From positions 62,001-126,000 of the forward strand of contig CDPCPM010000125.1 of NCBI GenBank assembly GCA_976551045.1: 64,000 nucleotides of DNA, given 5' to 3'. Shown one piece after another: positions 11,905-24,127 of the stretch. The notes under the pieces were generated by a model. That model was not told the origin of the DNA, did no database searches, and saw only the letters and a program-made list of their open reading frames with translations. The position numbers were made by a program, and so were the translations under genes. Within the stretch, counting starts at the first letter, position 1, and the number at the start of each line of letters is the position of its first letter. This stretch comes from Glaucostegus cemiculus. Lineage: Eukaryota.

Positions 11905-12125
11905 TTTCTTTACTTTCTCACTCTTCCTCTCTCTCTCCCACTCCCTCTCCCCCTCTCCCTCCCCTCACTTTTTCCACCTCTCCCTCTTTGTCTCTCCCTC
12001 TCTCTATCTCTCACGCTGTCTCTTTTTGTTCTCAGTTTCCTACTGTTTCCGTGCTTTTCCGCTGCCCCACTCCCCTCACCACCTCCCTGTCCTTCCCCTC
12101 TCACACGCTCATCCTCTCTCCTCTT
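11905..12125 (+). repeat. CT-rich low-complexity tract downstream of the GPCR (paralogs ~29220-29490 and ~49310-49535)
   Basis: Directly visible polypyrimidine tract. Confidence 0.8.
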
Positions 12126-13559
12126 GTGTAAATATTGTATTGCAACCGTTGTATATAATTTGTTTATTTATGTTTTCTTTGCGAATGCTGATGTTACCAG
12201 CCTGTGATAAAGTTATTCATTGCAGCTCTGCATTAGTGTACTGCGCACATGAGAATAAAATCGACTTAAACTTTCGCCTTTCACTCTCTGTCTCACTTTC
12301 TCCTCGTTTTGCAAGCGAACCCCACACTGACACCGCTCCCATCACACACAAAGTGCAGACATACACAAGTGCAAACGTGTGCGAGTAAAAGAACTCATAT
12401 AAACACACAGACACCGGAACACCCTGATGCTCTCACCCACACAGCGGCGCACACAAACACCCCAGCACCACACGCGAGCGCAGACGGACATCAACAGAAA
12501 CGGAAATAAACATAGAAAGACACAGGCATACATCTGCTTTCCAGTATCCACATTAAACACTGATGTGTACACGTTTCAGCCGCTCATCTTTCTCCGTTTC
12601 CCTCTTCGACAATATTCTGCCTCCTTCCCTGCTCACTGTGCTGTTCATCGTTCTGTGGCTCCTACTCAGCAGCAACACTGTCCGCAGCGGAGCCTAACAC
12701 CTGGCANNNNNNNNNNNNNNNNNNNNNNNNNNNNNNNNNNNNNNNNNNNNNNNNNNNNNNNNNNNNNNNNNNNNNNNNNNNNNNNNNNNNNNNNNNNNNN
12801 NNNNNNNNNNNNNNNNNNNNNNNNNNNNNNNNNNNNNNNNNNNNNNNNNNNNNNNNNNNNNNNNNNNNNNNNNNNNNNNNNNNNNNNNNNNNNNNNNNNN
12901 NNNNNNNNNNNNNNNNNNNNNNNNNNNNNNNNNNNTGTTTTGAAGACTGTCCGCAGCGGAGCCCAACAACCGACAGAGGAAATGATCGGGATAGAGGGAG
13001 AGAGAGAGAGGGAGAGAGAATCCTGATAGACGGAGAGAAGAAGGAGAGAGTCTCAGATAGAGAAAAAGAGAGGCGTAAAAGAAGGGGAGAAAGAAAGACG
13101 AGATGAGGTGGTCTCTGAACGGCCCACCTTTGGATCNNNNNNNNNNNNNNNNNNNNNNNNNNNNNNNNNNNNNNNNNNNNNNNNNNNNNNNNNNNNNNNN
13201 NNNNNNNNNNNNNNNNNNNNNNNNNNNNNNNNNNNNNNNNNNNNNNNNNNNNNNNNNNNNNNNNNNNNNNNNNNNNNNNNNNNNNNNNNNNNNNNNNNNC
13301 ATAAACAGGCCCACAAATTCACAGAAACAGGTGGTGATGTGAGATGCTGGCTTTCCGTCCCAGCGACTCCGATAGAAACCAACCCGCCGGTACTGTCTGT
13401 GGGAAGTTTGCCCGTCCTCTCTGTAACCTCGACTATTATCCAAGATGCTCCATTCCCTTCCACATCCCAGTGACGTGCTGACTGTGTGAGACTTAGCCAG
13501 AATGTGTTGCCGCATGTGGTTGGACGAGAGGTAGAATGTGAGAGGGCTTGATGTGAATG

Positions 13560-15790
13560 CGATTGGTGCGCGATTGAAACACGTGGCATCCATGGAGACC
13601 TGGTCGACTGGATTCGAAATCGACCTGACAGTGGGAGACCACGAGTAGTGATGGAGGGTGCAGTTCTGATTAGTCTGTGACAAGTGGGGTTCCACAGGGA
13701 TCAGTGCTGGAACGTCTGTCTGTGATTTGTAAATAATTGGAACGAAAGCACAAGTAGGCTGATTAGCAAATTTGCAGACAATACGAAAATTGGCGGCGAG
13801 GTGTAACGGGGGAAGCATTTGAAAAGATGCGCAGAGAATTAGCAAATAGAATTTAATCCTGAGCAATACGAGACGTTGCACATTGGGATCTGAAATATTG
13901 TTGGAAAGTATGGAATCAGTTATACAGATCTTAGGGAGTATTGATGTTCAGAGGGATCTTGGTGTGTAAATCCATAGGTCCCTGGAAGTGTTAACGCCGG
14001 CAGTTTGGGTGGTAATGAAGCCGTACGGGATACTTGCCTTCCAGGCCAGGGCTTTGAGTATAAACGCTTGGAAGTTAGGTGGCAGGTACAAATGACTTTG
14101 ACCGGGCCACAATTGGAATGTTGTGCGAAGTTGTGCTCTCCGATTACAGGAGCGATGTGGACACTTTGGGAAGGGTGCAAAGCGGTTCACATGGATGCTG
14201 CCTGGATTCGCGAACATTAGCTATAACGATAGGTTGGACAAACTTGGAATGTTTTACTCTGGAGCGGCGGAGGACGAACAGTCATCTGATTGAAGAAAAT
14301 TGAATTCTCGGATACACAGTGGAGGTGTTTAGGGTATCTGTCCCAGAGTGATATGTTGAATTGCCAGTCCTGCTCTTCTATCAGCCACGTCCCACCGACA
14401 GCAGCAACACTACATTCCCATGCGCTGACCAATGCTCTCAAGTTCATCTGCCTCAACAGTCAGACCGCTTGCATTTAACACAGCTGCAGTTTAGCCATTG
14501 CATCCTTCCACACGCCTTGTCATACTGACGTCTGCTGTGCCTCCTCGAACGACTTAGTGTTTCTATGGATGACTGAACCTCACTCCAACTGTTCACCTAC
14601 TCTGTGTCCCACCCGCTGCCAAATTAAGTTCGAACCTCCCCAACAGCACGAGCGACGTCACCCACTGCCCCAGCAGGAATATTGGACCAGTTAAGCTGCA
14701 ACCCTTCCTGCTGGTACAGATACAACATAACCCAGAGAGTGTCCCAATGATCTAAAGGCCCCCAAAACCCTCCAACCACCTAAAGCTCTCCCTCCTCTCC
14801 CTTCCCTGCAGACACACAGTTCTGCTGACCTGTCTGTCCTTTCCTATGGTTACCAGCGTGCGGCTCTGGCAGTAATCCAGAGAGGAGGACAACAGAGGTC
14901 CGTCTCTTTAATCTGCTCTCTAACTCCCTACGTTCACGGTGGTGGACCAATAACAAGGTGAGTGGTAGGAGATATAAAGGGGTTCTGAGGGTAGTTTCTT
15001 TACACAGAGAGTGTTTTATATCAGGAACGCTCTGCCAGAGGAGGTGGTGGAATCAGATAAATCACAACATTAAAGAGACATTTAGACCAACGCCTGAATA
15101 AGCAAGAATAGTAAGAGAAAAAGAGCGAATGTGGGCGTGGAGCAATGTAGATGAGTGAAAATGTCGGCCCGAATGCGGTGGACCAAAGGGCCCGGTTCTG
15201 TGCTGTACAACTCCATAATTCAATGACTCTATGACCTCAACCCCTTTTCTACCCGTGGCGCTAGTAGCCACGGGTATCACGGCCACTGACTGTTTAGTGT
15301 CCCCATTCAGCAGCTCTGAGAGATCACATCCCGGCACCAGGAAGCTAACGTCCTGTTCGAGTCTCGTTCGTAGCTGCAGAAACAACTCGCTGCTTTCCCT
15401 ACAACTGACACCCTGTCACCCCCAACCAAGCAGCCCCATGCGCAGCAGAGCCAATCGAGTTATTACAAACTTGAATGTTGTTGCTTTTCGTCAGGAGGCC
15501 ATGTCCCTGCTCCGCCAGCAGTACCTAAGGCGTTATAACTGTTTAAGAGGGGAATGGTTACCGAGAACTCTCCCACTACCTGCCCACACATACCACTGCC
15601 CCCAGAGTCCCAGGCTATGAATAAACAAGGAAACGTGATGTTGAATCTTTATAAAAAACTGAGCCTGCCTCACCTGGACTATTGTGTTCGATTCTGGGAA
15701 GGGTGTGAACACGTTCGAGAGGGTCCAGAAAAGATTTTCAAGAATGGTTGCTCGGGTGAGAGACTGTAGTTACAAGGGCCGATTAGAGGC
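13560..15790. mobile_element. Mosaic of decayed CR1-type LINE fragments on both strands
   Basis: Plus strand: RT remnants (VTSGVPQGSVL, ISKFAD) and a CR1-like 3' end near 14945-15235. Minus strand: endonuclease remnant (TWLIEEQDWQFNI). Boundaries approximate. Confidence 0.75.
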
Positions 15791-16389
15791 TGCAACTGTG
15801 TTCTGTGAAGAAGAGAGGAAAGAGGGGGGATCTGACCGAAGAGCAGGAGACAATGAGGCGCCTGGACAGATTGGAGAGCGGGCAGCAGTGCCCTCTGGCT
15901 GCCTAGTCGAGCATGGGTTGTCACAGGAATCAAATAACTGAAGAGTGATGTGAAGGGAAATCGTGTGGTCAGAATCAGGAAGGCGCCGCCTACAGATGTG
16001 GTAGAGGCAGGTTCTAATGTGACCGTCAGAAGGGAATCGGATGAGCATACAGTGGGAAAGATTCGGAGAAAGTGCCAGTGGGTGGAAGGAAGGTGCTCTG
16101 GCAGAGAGCCGAAATGGACATGTTAAAGCCGGAGAGACATCGAGTTACTCAGCACTGAAACAGGCTCGTCGGCCCCAATCACCCACGGACCTAACTTTTG
16201 TGTCATCTGGTCAGCTCTCTCTCTCTCCCAAACGTAGAAGCAGATCCTCGGTCTCTTTTAGAAATATACCTTTAGTGATAATTATCAATAAAGTGATGAA
16301 CTCCCCGGAAACTGTCTTTTCAGATAGTTTGCGTCTGTCTGGTCTGTCCAGAACAACTGCTCATTCCCCCATTGTATTATCGGGTTTAG

Positions 16390-17480
16390 TTCAGAAGAGT
16401 TCATTGTCATATTCATGAGTCGTGTGAAGCTGAAAGAGTTCACAGTCGTCATTATAATAAACACAACAATAAAGACAAGAAGAAACACTTTGAGCACAAA
16501 ACAGCCGAATGGTCCAAACTGAAGAGGTGCAAAATGAAATGCTGAGGTGACAATAACGGCAGAGGTAGAATTCAAAGTTCAAAAACGTGGCTGCAGCACC
16601 GGGAAGGGGATGTGAAAGAGCTGGTTGGTTCAGGTTCTGAACGCAGTGGGGAAGAAGCTGTTCTTGATTTTGGTTGTCCGGGATTTCAAGCGCCCGTGTC
16701 TTCTCCTCGTAGGCAGGAGAGAGAAGGGAATGGCCCGGTTGGTAGGCACTCTTGACGATGCCGTTCGCCTTCCCGATGCAACGCACCACGAAGGTGGTCT
16801 GCATGGAAGGAAGTGAATCTGTGACGGACCGGGCAGTTTTACCGTTCTCTGCCGGTTCCGTCGGTCGAGAGCAGAGCAGGTGCCGTCCCAGGCTGAGGTG
16901 TAACCTATCGGGATGGTTTCTGTAGCCCATTGTAAAAGTTAGAGAGAATCCTCGTGGACAGGCCGAATCTTCTCAGCATCTTCAAAGAATCTTCTAAGAA
17001 AGTAAATACGTCGATGCACTTTCCTGATCTCCGCATCAGTGTGGCGGAGACCCGGAGACGTTGCTTGCGATACGGATGTCTCGGATTTAGAAACTGTCGA
17101 CCATCTCTACAGCAGCTCTGTTGATGAGGACAGGGCTGTGTTCACGCACGTCCGCTTTCCTTACGTCAACAACAGGTCTTTCTCTTGCCGATGATAGGGA
17201 GTAGGTTGTTATTCTGGCAGCATAACAGAAGGTTTACGATGTTTCCTGTACTCTGTCTCATCATTGCTGATCCGGCTGATAACAGAGGTGTCACCGGCGA
17301 AATTGAAAATCCATTTGGCACTGCATTTGGCCTCACGAGTATGGGTGTACAGGAAGTCGAGTAGGGAACTGAGCACTCCACATTGGGGAGCACTCTGGAC
17401 TGGCTGACCGCCTTCTGGACTCTGACCACACTCGGGTCAGAGTCCAGAAGGCGGTCAGCAAGTCCAGAAGCCAGTTCCGA
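16390..17480 (-). mobile_element. Decayed Rex1/Babar-type LINE 3' portion
   Basis: Minus-strand remnants like PGHSLLS and KSRTTKIKNSFFPTA; the paralog at 34 kb shows TGAPQ and FAGDTSVISRIINDETEYRK. Boundaries approximate. Confidence 0.7.
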
Positions 17481-18050
17481 TGGAAGACCGTTGCATACAG
17501 AGGAAAATGAAGTGGTTTGTTTTGCAGGTGTAATGTTAGACAAGAACGTTAATTCCATCGAATTCTGGTGTTGAATCACAGGCGATTAATTGTCTATTAG
17601 AAAATCTGGTCATTTGGACGCAGGTCAAGGAACGAGAATTGAAAAATGTAATTCCTTTACATCTATCATACTGCAAGACATAACATGAGATACCTGTCCA
17701 ATTTGCAGTATACAACCAGTTTTACACACACATTGATTTAACTTCAATGCTATCCTCTTCTCAAGCATCCACTTGCCTCTGTGTCACAACTCACCACTAG
17801 CACCCCTCCTCCCCACAACGGGTTCGATTTGCACGTTGTCCTTCTCCCTTGCTCGGTCAACTAATCCCTCTGACCCCCGTCTAACTCCTCGCCTCTTCTT
17901 TATATTGCCAAGTTCCACTCCACGCTTAGTCCTGATGCACGGCAATTATATACCCGTGGAACAGCGAGGAGGTGGACAGAAGCAGTTTCCATGCATGGCT
18001 GGATATAATTGAAAGTCATTCTTGGTCTGCGTGCGTTGGATTTGTCAGGT

Positions 18051-18122
18051 TCCCTGGTGGTCTAGTGGTTAGGATTCGGCGCTCTCACCGCCGCGGCCCG
18101 GGTTCGATTCCCGGCCGGGGAA
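18051..18122 (+). tRNA. tRNA-Glu(CTC), probably functional
   Basis: Canonical body. Acceptor stem pairs with one G-U. Intact A and B boxes, TTTT downstream, TATA-like motif upstream. Confidence 0.85.
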
Positions 18123-19303
18123 GTGTGTTTTGGCAACTGGAATTCGTCAGAATCTTCGGAGCTGCAGCCACTGGTCCAGCATCAGCTCTGCTGACACAGG
18201 GCTTCTGCCGGCAGAATGATCAAGGTATCTTCCACTTCGCTGTGAAGCTACGGGACAGGCTAGCGAATATTAGAATGCATATGTCGAGTTGATTTTTATC
18301 CACTCTGACCAAATAGAAACGGGAACTGATCTCAGCCATGAATGAAGTGTGACGCCACCGAGTCGGCTCAAGCGTAGAGATGTCACTGGACGTACGGCTG
18401 ATCAGAGGTTACAATTTGACTTGGTTGCTTTGCCAATCTGCACACTGCTTCAGTCCCCTGAGCTGCTATCTTGTAAAAGGAGCCCATTCACAGTAAATCA
18501 GTCTGTCCCCTGAGAACAACTTCTGAATTCTTCGGACGAAACCAGGCAATCTTACGGGAATACAGAGCGATGGTATACAGTGCACACAATAGCGGGAAAT
18601 GTAACGCCTGCTCATGGTACATCTGGAATGGCTCGGCGGCAGTGCTTGCCGCCGTGTCGGCCTGCGGCCCTGCATGCTGTGTGTGTGCGCCATTTCAGAT
18701 CGGGTCAACTGGAGATTGTCAGATGTTGGCGTCGACATCTGGCGAGTGATCATTGAATAAACATCGTCTGTGCCCGTCAGTTTATGTCAAGCAAAATTTA
18801 AAAATTAAATTATAGGAAATCTCGGGGAGAATAGAAAGTATAGCAGAAGAAAGATCTTTGATTGTCAAAAGGTGACTTAATCGGACACGGCCATTTGAAA
18901 TTAAACAGCGGAAAGGGCCTGTCCGTAACATGAAAGAAAGGCATGGCGTTATTTCAACTGCACATGTACTGAAGGTATTGCAGCAATTAAGAAGGCAGGG
19001 CAAAGTGCTGATGAGCTTGACGTGAAGATGTGGGAAAAGGACGATTCTCTCAGTTGATTGTCAATGGTAGTTGGTTGAGGCGATATTGGCGAAGCACCTT
19101 TGACCCTTGTGTATGTTGAGAATGGAGGTGGCTTCGCTTGCAGCTGGAGTGAAACGATGAGATCAGTGTCCATTTGGCCGGGGCGAATTTAGCTGCCTGT
19201 ACGTCTGCCGGGACCTGAAGAGAAAATCATTTTGGATAATTATTTTCTGACTTGTGAGCTTGGCAAAGAGAATGTTAGTGAGCTGTGGTGATTTAAATCA
19301 GAT

Positions 19304-19375
19304 TCTCTGGTGGTCCAGTGGTCAGGATTCGAAGCTTTCACCGCCGCGGCCCGGGTTCTATTCCCGGTTAGGGAA
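19304..19375 (+). pseudogene. tRNA-Glu(TTC) pseudogene
   Basis: B box GGTTCTATT and anticodon-stem mismatches. Confidence 0.78.
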
Positions 19376-20279
19376 GTAAGTTTTGAAAGCAGCGACGAGG
19401 TAAGTTTGAGAACCTTCTTCTGCAGCATAAACCAGCGATATATCAATCAATGTCTCTCTGGATACAGTGAACACGGCCTCCTCCGCCGAGTGAGCAGGCT
19501 TCCTTGCAGGAATCAGGCTTCCTTGACTGTAAATCAGTGGCAGAGTTGATAGAATGTACCCCAAGATGAATAACGTCCCATCCAGCTCGTAACCGTCGCC
19601 CTCATCTTTCAATCAGTCAGCTGCAGTCGCGACCCATTAGACAGTCGCTAAATAACAGAGTCAATCGAAGGCGATTGCATTTTGGAAAGAAACAGGAGCA
19701 CAGGTTGAAAGAGTTGAGGGCTAACCACTTCAAGGTGAAGATTGTTAGAAGGCAGAGAAGATATCACAGTCATGATAAATGTACGCTTGGGGGCGTGGGA
19801 TAAACAGCTACCGTGAACTCAAATCATCAATCATCAGAAATGTGTATGTGGGGTGAAAGGAATGCCTGTCCTTCTATCTTTTTGTCAGCAAGCTGTGATG
19901 CGGCCGCGACGAATAAAGAAAGAGCAAAATGTTCTCTAGCGACAGAGGTTGCATTCGATTGGAGAAAAGAAAAAATCCCTGACTGGAACGTAAAGCGTTT
20001 TTGAGGAAAGATTTTTGTGGAAAACCAGTCAGTGTCGAAATTAGGATTTGTCAAGAGCATGATTCTTCACTGTGGGTGTTTTAGTTTGAAAGACAGAGTG
20101 ATTGAGAAACAGCCTGAGCCATATTTTCATGGCAGGACGCTTTGCAGTCAGGCTGCTGTTCTCGCACGACGACTATTTTGCCCGAGGAACTGCTGGGAGG
20201 AGGATAGAAAACCTTTTATGTGGCTGGCTGGATATAAATGAATGCCATTCTTGTTCTGCGTGCAGTATATTCATCAGAT

Positions 20280-20351
20280 TCCCTGGTGGTCTAGTGGTTA
20301 GGATGCGGCGCTCTCACCGCCGCGGCCCGGGTTCGATTCCCGGCCAGGGAA
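20280..20351 (+). tRNA. tRNA-Glu(CTC), probably functional
   Basis: All stems pair; U26>G hinge change; T5 terminator follows. Confidence 0.85.
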
Positions 20352-21291
20352 GTGTGTTTTTGCAACTGGAACCAGTCGGAGTCTTGGGAGAAAGCAGCCA
20401 CTGGTCCACCATCAGATTTGTTGACACAGGACTACTGCCGCCGAATGAACAAGTTATGTTCCACTTCGCAGTGAAACTCCTGGACAGGCAAGCGGGTATT
20501 AGAATCCATAAGTCGAGTTGGTTTTTATCCACTTTGACCAAGTAAAAACTCGTTCAGACCTCAACCATGAACGAGGTGTGATGCCAACTAGACGTCGTAA
20601 GCGTAGAGATGTCACTGGAGGTACGGCTGATCAGCCTGCAAAATTTGACTGCTCTGCTTTGGGAGTCTGGAGGCTGCTTCCGACTCCCGAGCCGAGATCT
20701 TGTAAAAGGGAGTCTTTTCACGGTAAATCAGTCTGTGCCCTGACAATTCCTCTGAAACCACCGGGGTAAACCGCTCAATATTAAAGGAGCAAAGTACAAT
20801 GGTGCGCATTGCACCCAATAGCGGGAAATGTAACGCCTGCTCATGCTATATCGGCGGCAGTTCTTGCAGGCGATCCAGCCCGGGGCCCTGCACAGCGGAA
20901 AAGGCCTGTCCGTACCATGAACGAAATGCATGGCGTAGTTTCAGCTACTCATGTACAATAGATATCTCAGCAATGAAGAAGGCAGGGCAGACGTGCTGAT
21001 GATCTTAAGCAGAAGATGTAGGAAAAGGAATATTCCTCAGTTGTTTGTCAGTGGTAGTTGGTTTAGACGGTATTGGTGACTGAGGATTGTAGCGAAGCAG
21101 CTTTGACCCTTGTTTATGTTGAGAATGGAGGTGGCTTCTCTTGCAGCTGGAGTGAAAAGATGAGATGAGCGTCCATTTGACCTGGGTGAATTCTGTTGTG
21201 ACGTGTTGAGATAATCATTTTGAATACTTGTTTTCTGATTTGTGAGCTTAGCAAAGAGAATGTTGGTGAGCTGTGGTGAATTCAGACAGAT

Positions 21292-21362
21292 TCCATGGTG
21301 GTCTAGTGGTCAGGATTTGGTGCTTTTACCGCGGTGGACCGGTTCGATTCCCGGTCAGGGAA
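21292..21362 (+). pseudogene. tRNA-Glu-derived pseudogene (anticodon decayed to TTT)
   Basis: Many substitutions and a 1-nt deletion. Confidence 0.75.
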
Positions 21363-22441
21363 GTAAGTTTTGGGAACTGGAACCAGTCATAATCTTCGGA
21401 ACCACAGCCACTGGAATGCCATCAGATTTGCGATCCCAGGGATTGTGCCAGCAGAATGATTAACGTTGCTTCCAATTCGCTGCGAAGCTCTCGGATAGGC
21501 AAGCTAGAATGAGAATGCGTAACTCGAGTTGATTTATATCCATTTTGACCCAATATAAACTGGCTCCGATCTCAGCCATGAATGAGGTGTGATGCCAGCG
21601 AGACGTCACAAGCGTAGAGATTCTACTGGAAGTACGGCTGATCAGCCGGCACAATTTGACTGGATTGTTTTATTTGCGAATCTGCAGGTTTCTTCCGACC
21701 CCTCAGCCGGTACCTTGCAGAAGTGAGCCCTTTCACTTTACGTCAGACTGTGCACTGAGAATTCCTTCCGAATCCATCGGACTGAACCACGCAATCCGAA
21801 GGGACCAAAGGGCAATGTTGTACAGTGCACCTGATAGCGGGATAAGTATCGCCTGCTCATGCTATCTCTGAATCCTTCAGGTGAAGACAACAAGTAAAAT
21901 CATAGATGATTTTTCGGAAATATCATGGAGAAGATGGAAATAGAGAGAGAATTAAGATTTTTTGATTGTCGGCAGGTGATGTAATCGGATCCGGCGATTT
22001 GAAATAGAGCAGGAGAAAGGGTCTACCCGAAACATGACAGAAATGCATTGAGTATTTTCTACTGCGCATGTGCAGAATGTATCACAACAATAAGCAAGAT
22101 AGGGAAACATGCTCATGAACGTGAAAATGTCAAAAGTGGATGTGAAAATGTCAGAAAAGAAAGATTTTCTCAGTTGATTGTCAATGGTAGTTGGTTGAGA
22201 GACGATACTGGCGACTGAGGATTCCAGCGAAGCAGCTTTGGCCCTTGTGTATGTTGAGAATGGAGGTGGCTTCGCTTGCAGCTGGAGTGAAAAGATGAAT
22301 TCAATGTCCACGTGGCTGGGGTGAATTTAGCTGTCTGTAGGTCTGCTGGGACATTATGCGAAAATCAGTTTTAATACCTGTTTTCTGATTTGAGAGCCAG
22401 GCAAAGAGAATCTCGGTGAACTGTGGTGCTTTCAGTCAGTT

Positions 22442-22513
22442 TCCCTGGTGGTCTAGTGGTTAGGATTCGGCGCTTTCACTGCCGCGGCGCGGGTTCGATT
22501 CCCTGCCAGGGAA
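22442..22513 (+). pseudogene. tRNA-Glu(TTC) degenerate copy, TTC-type leader with CTC-type trailer
   Basis: T-stem mismatches; flanks are hybrid. Confidence 0.72.
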
Positions 22514-23715
22514 GAGTGTTTTGGCAACTGGAACCAGAAAGAATCTTAAGAGCCAGCAGCCACTTGTCCACCATCAGATCTGCTGACACAGGGCTTCTAC
22601 TGGCAGAACGACCAAGGTATCTTCCACTTCGTTGTGAAGCTCCTGGACGGACAAGCCAGTATCAGAATTCATAAGTCGCGTCTATTTATATCCACTTTGA
22701 CCAAATAAAAACTCACACCGTTCCCATCTGTGAATGAGGTGTGATGCCACATAGTGGTCGCAAGCGTAGAGATGCCACTGGACGTACGGCTGATCAGCGG
22801 GCACAATTTGACTGGATTGCTTGGTCTGCGAATCTGAAGGCTGCTTCGGACTCCTGAGCCGAGTTCTTTCAAAAGGAAGCCTTTTCACGGTAAATCAGGC
22901 TGTGCCCTGAGAATTCCTTCAGAAAGCATTGGGCTAAACCACGCAATCCTAAGGGACCAAAGCCCAATGTTGTCCAGTACATCCAATAACGGGAAATGTA
23001 ATGACTGGTCATGCTATATCGGCATTGCTCGGCGGCAGTTCTTGCAGGCGTGCCGACCTGGGACCCTGCTTGTTTTGTGCCACTTCAGTTCGGGCAATTG
23101 GAGATTGTCAGCTGATGGCGTCGACACCTGGTGAATGATCATTGAATAAACACCGTCTGTGCCCGTCAGTTTAAGACAACAAGCAAAATTCACAAATTGA
23201 GTTGTAGGAAATCTCGGGGAGAATCTAGAAAGTAGAGCAGGAAAAAGAGTTTTGATTGTCGAAAGGTGACATAATCGTAAACGGCCGTTTGAAATAAAAC
23301 AGCGGAAAGGGTCTGTCCGTAACATGAACGAAATGCATGGCGTTGATTCATCTGCGCATGTACAGAAGGAATCGCAGCAATCAAGAAGGCAGGGCAACCG
23401 TGGTGATGATGTTAAGGTAAAAAGTGGTAAAGGGAAGATTGCCTCGGTTGATTGTCAATGGTAGTTTTTTTTAAGACGATATTGGCGACTGAGGATTCCA
23501 GCGAAGCAGCTTTGAACCGGTGTATGCTGAAAATGGAGGTGTCTTCGCTTGCAGCTTGGGTGAAAAGATGAGATCAGTGTCCATTTGGCTGGGGTGAATT
23601 TAGCTGCCTGTACGTCTGCTGGGACGTGATGAGAAAAATCAATTTGAATGCTGGTTTTCTGATTTGTGAGCTAGGCAAATAGAACGTTGGTGAGCTGTGG
23701 TGATTTCAGACAGAT

Positions 23716-23787
23716 TCCCTGGTGGTCTATTGGTTAGGATTCAGCGCTTTCACAGCCGCGGCCCGGGTTGGATTACCGGCCAGGGAA
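23716..23787 (+). pseudogene. tRNA-Glu(TTC) pseudogene
   Basis: B box GGTTGGATTAC and anticodon-stem mismatches. Confidence 0.78.
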
Positions 23788-24081
23788 GTTACTTTTGGAA
23801 GCTGTGACAAGTGATAACTTTCGGAATCTTCATCTGCACCAGAAACCAGTGATATGTCAGTCAACGTCTCTTCTGGATACAGTCAGCACGGCGTGATCTT
23901 ATTGAAGAGTGGAGCGGGTGGAACTCTAGACTGATCTCCTCCTGTGGTGCTTCTGTGGTTTTGATCGGTTTTCTATATTAGTAACGATGTATGTCGATAT
24001 GAGACCAGTCAGGGTCCCAATGCCATCTGAAAAAAAATGAAAGGACCTAACATTAAATCAGAGAAAATTATCTCTCTTTCT

Positions 24082-24127
24082 CCGCGGCTGTGAGAGCGCC
24101 GAATCCTAACCACTAGGCCACCAGGGA
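24082..24127 (-). pseudogene. 5' fragment of tRNA-Glu(CTC) inside an inverted segment
   Basis: Reverse-complement paralog of 7067-7112. Confidence 0.8.

Noticed and set aside
12694-13881. Long ORFs spanning N-runs (also 49902-51420 and 40142-40704)
   Set aside because: Artefacts of N tracts and low-complexity sequence. The Ns fall where paralogs have microsatellites or purine-rich repeats.
17920-17945. Hammerhead ribozyme at the Penelope-like 'agtcctgatg' end
   Set aside because: Truncated at the junction; CUGAUGA is incomplete and the GAAA half is missing.
21292-21362. tRNA-Lys(TTT) by anticodon
   Set aside because: The body is a heavily mutated tRNA-Glu with broken stems; not a credible alloacceptor shift.
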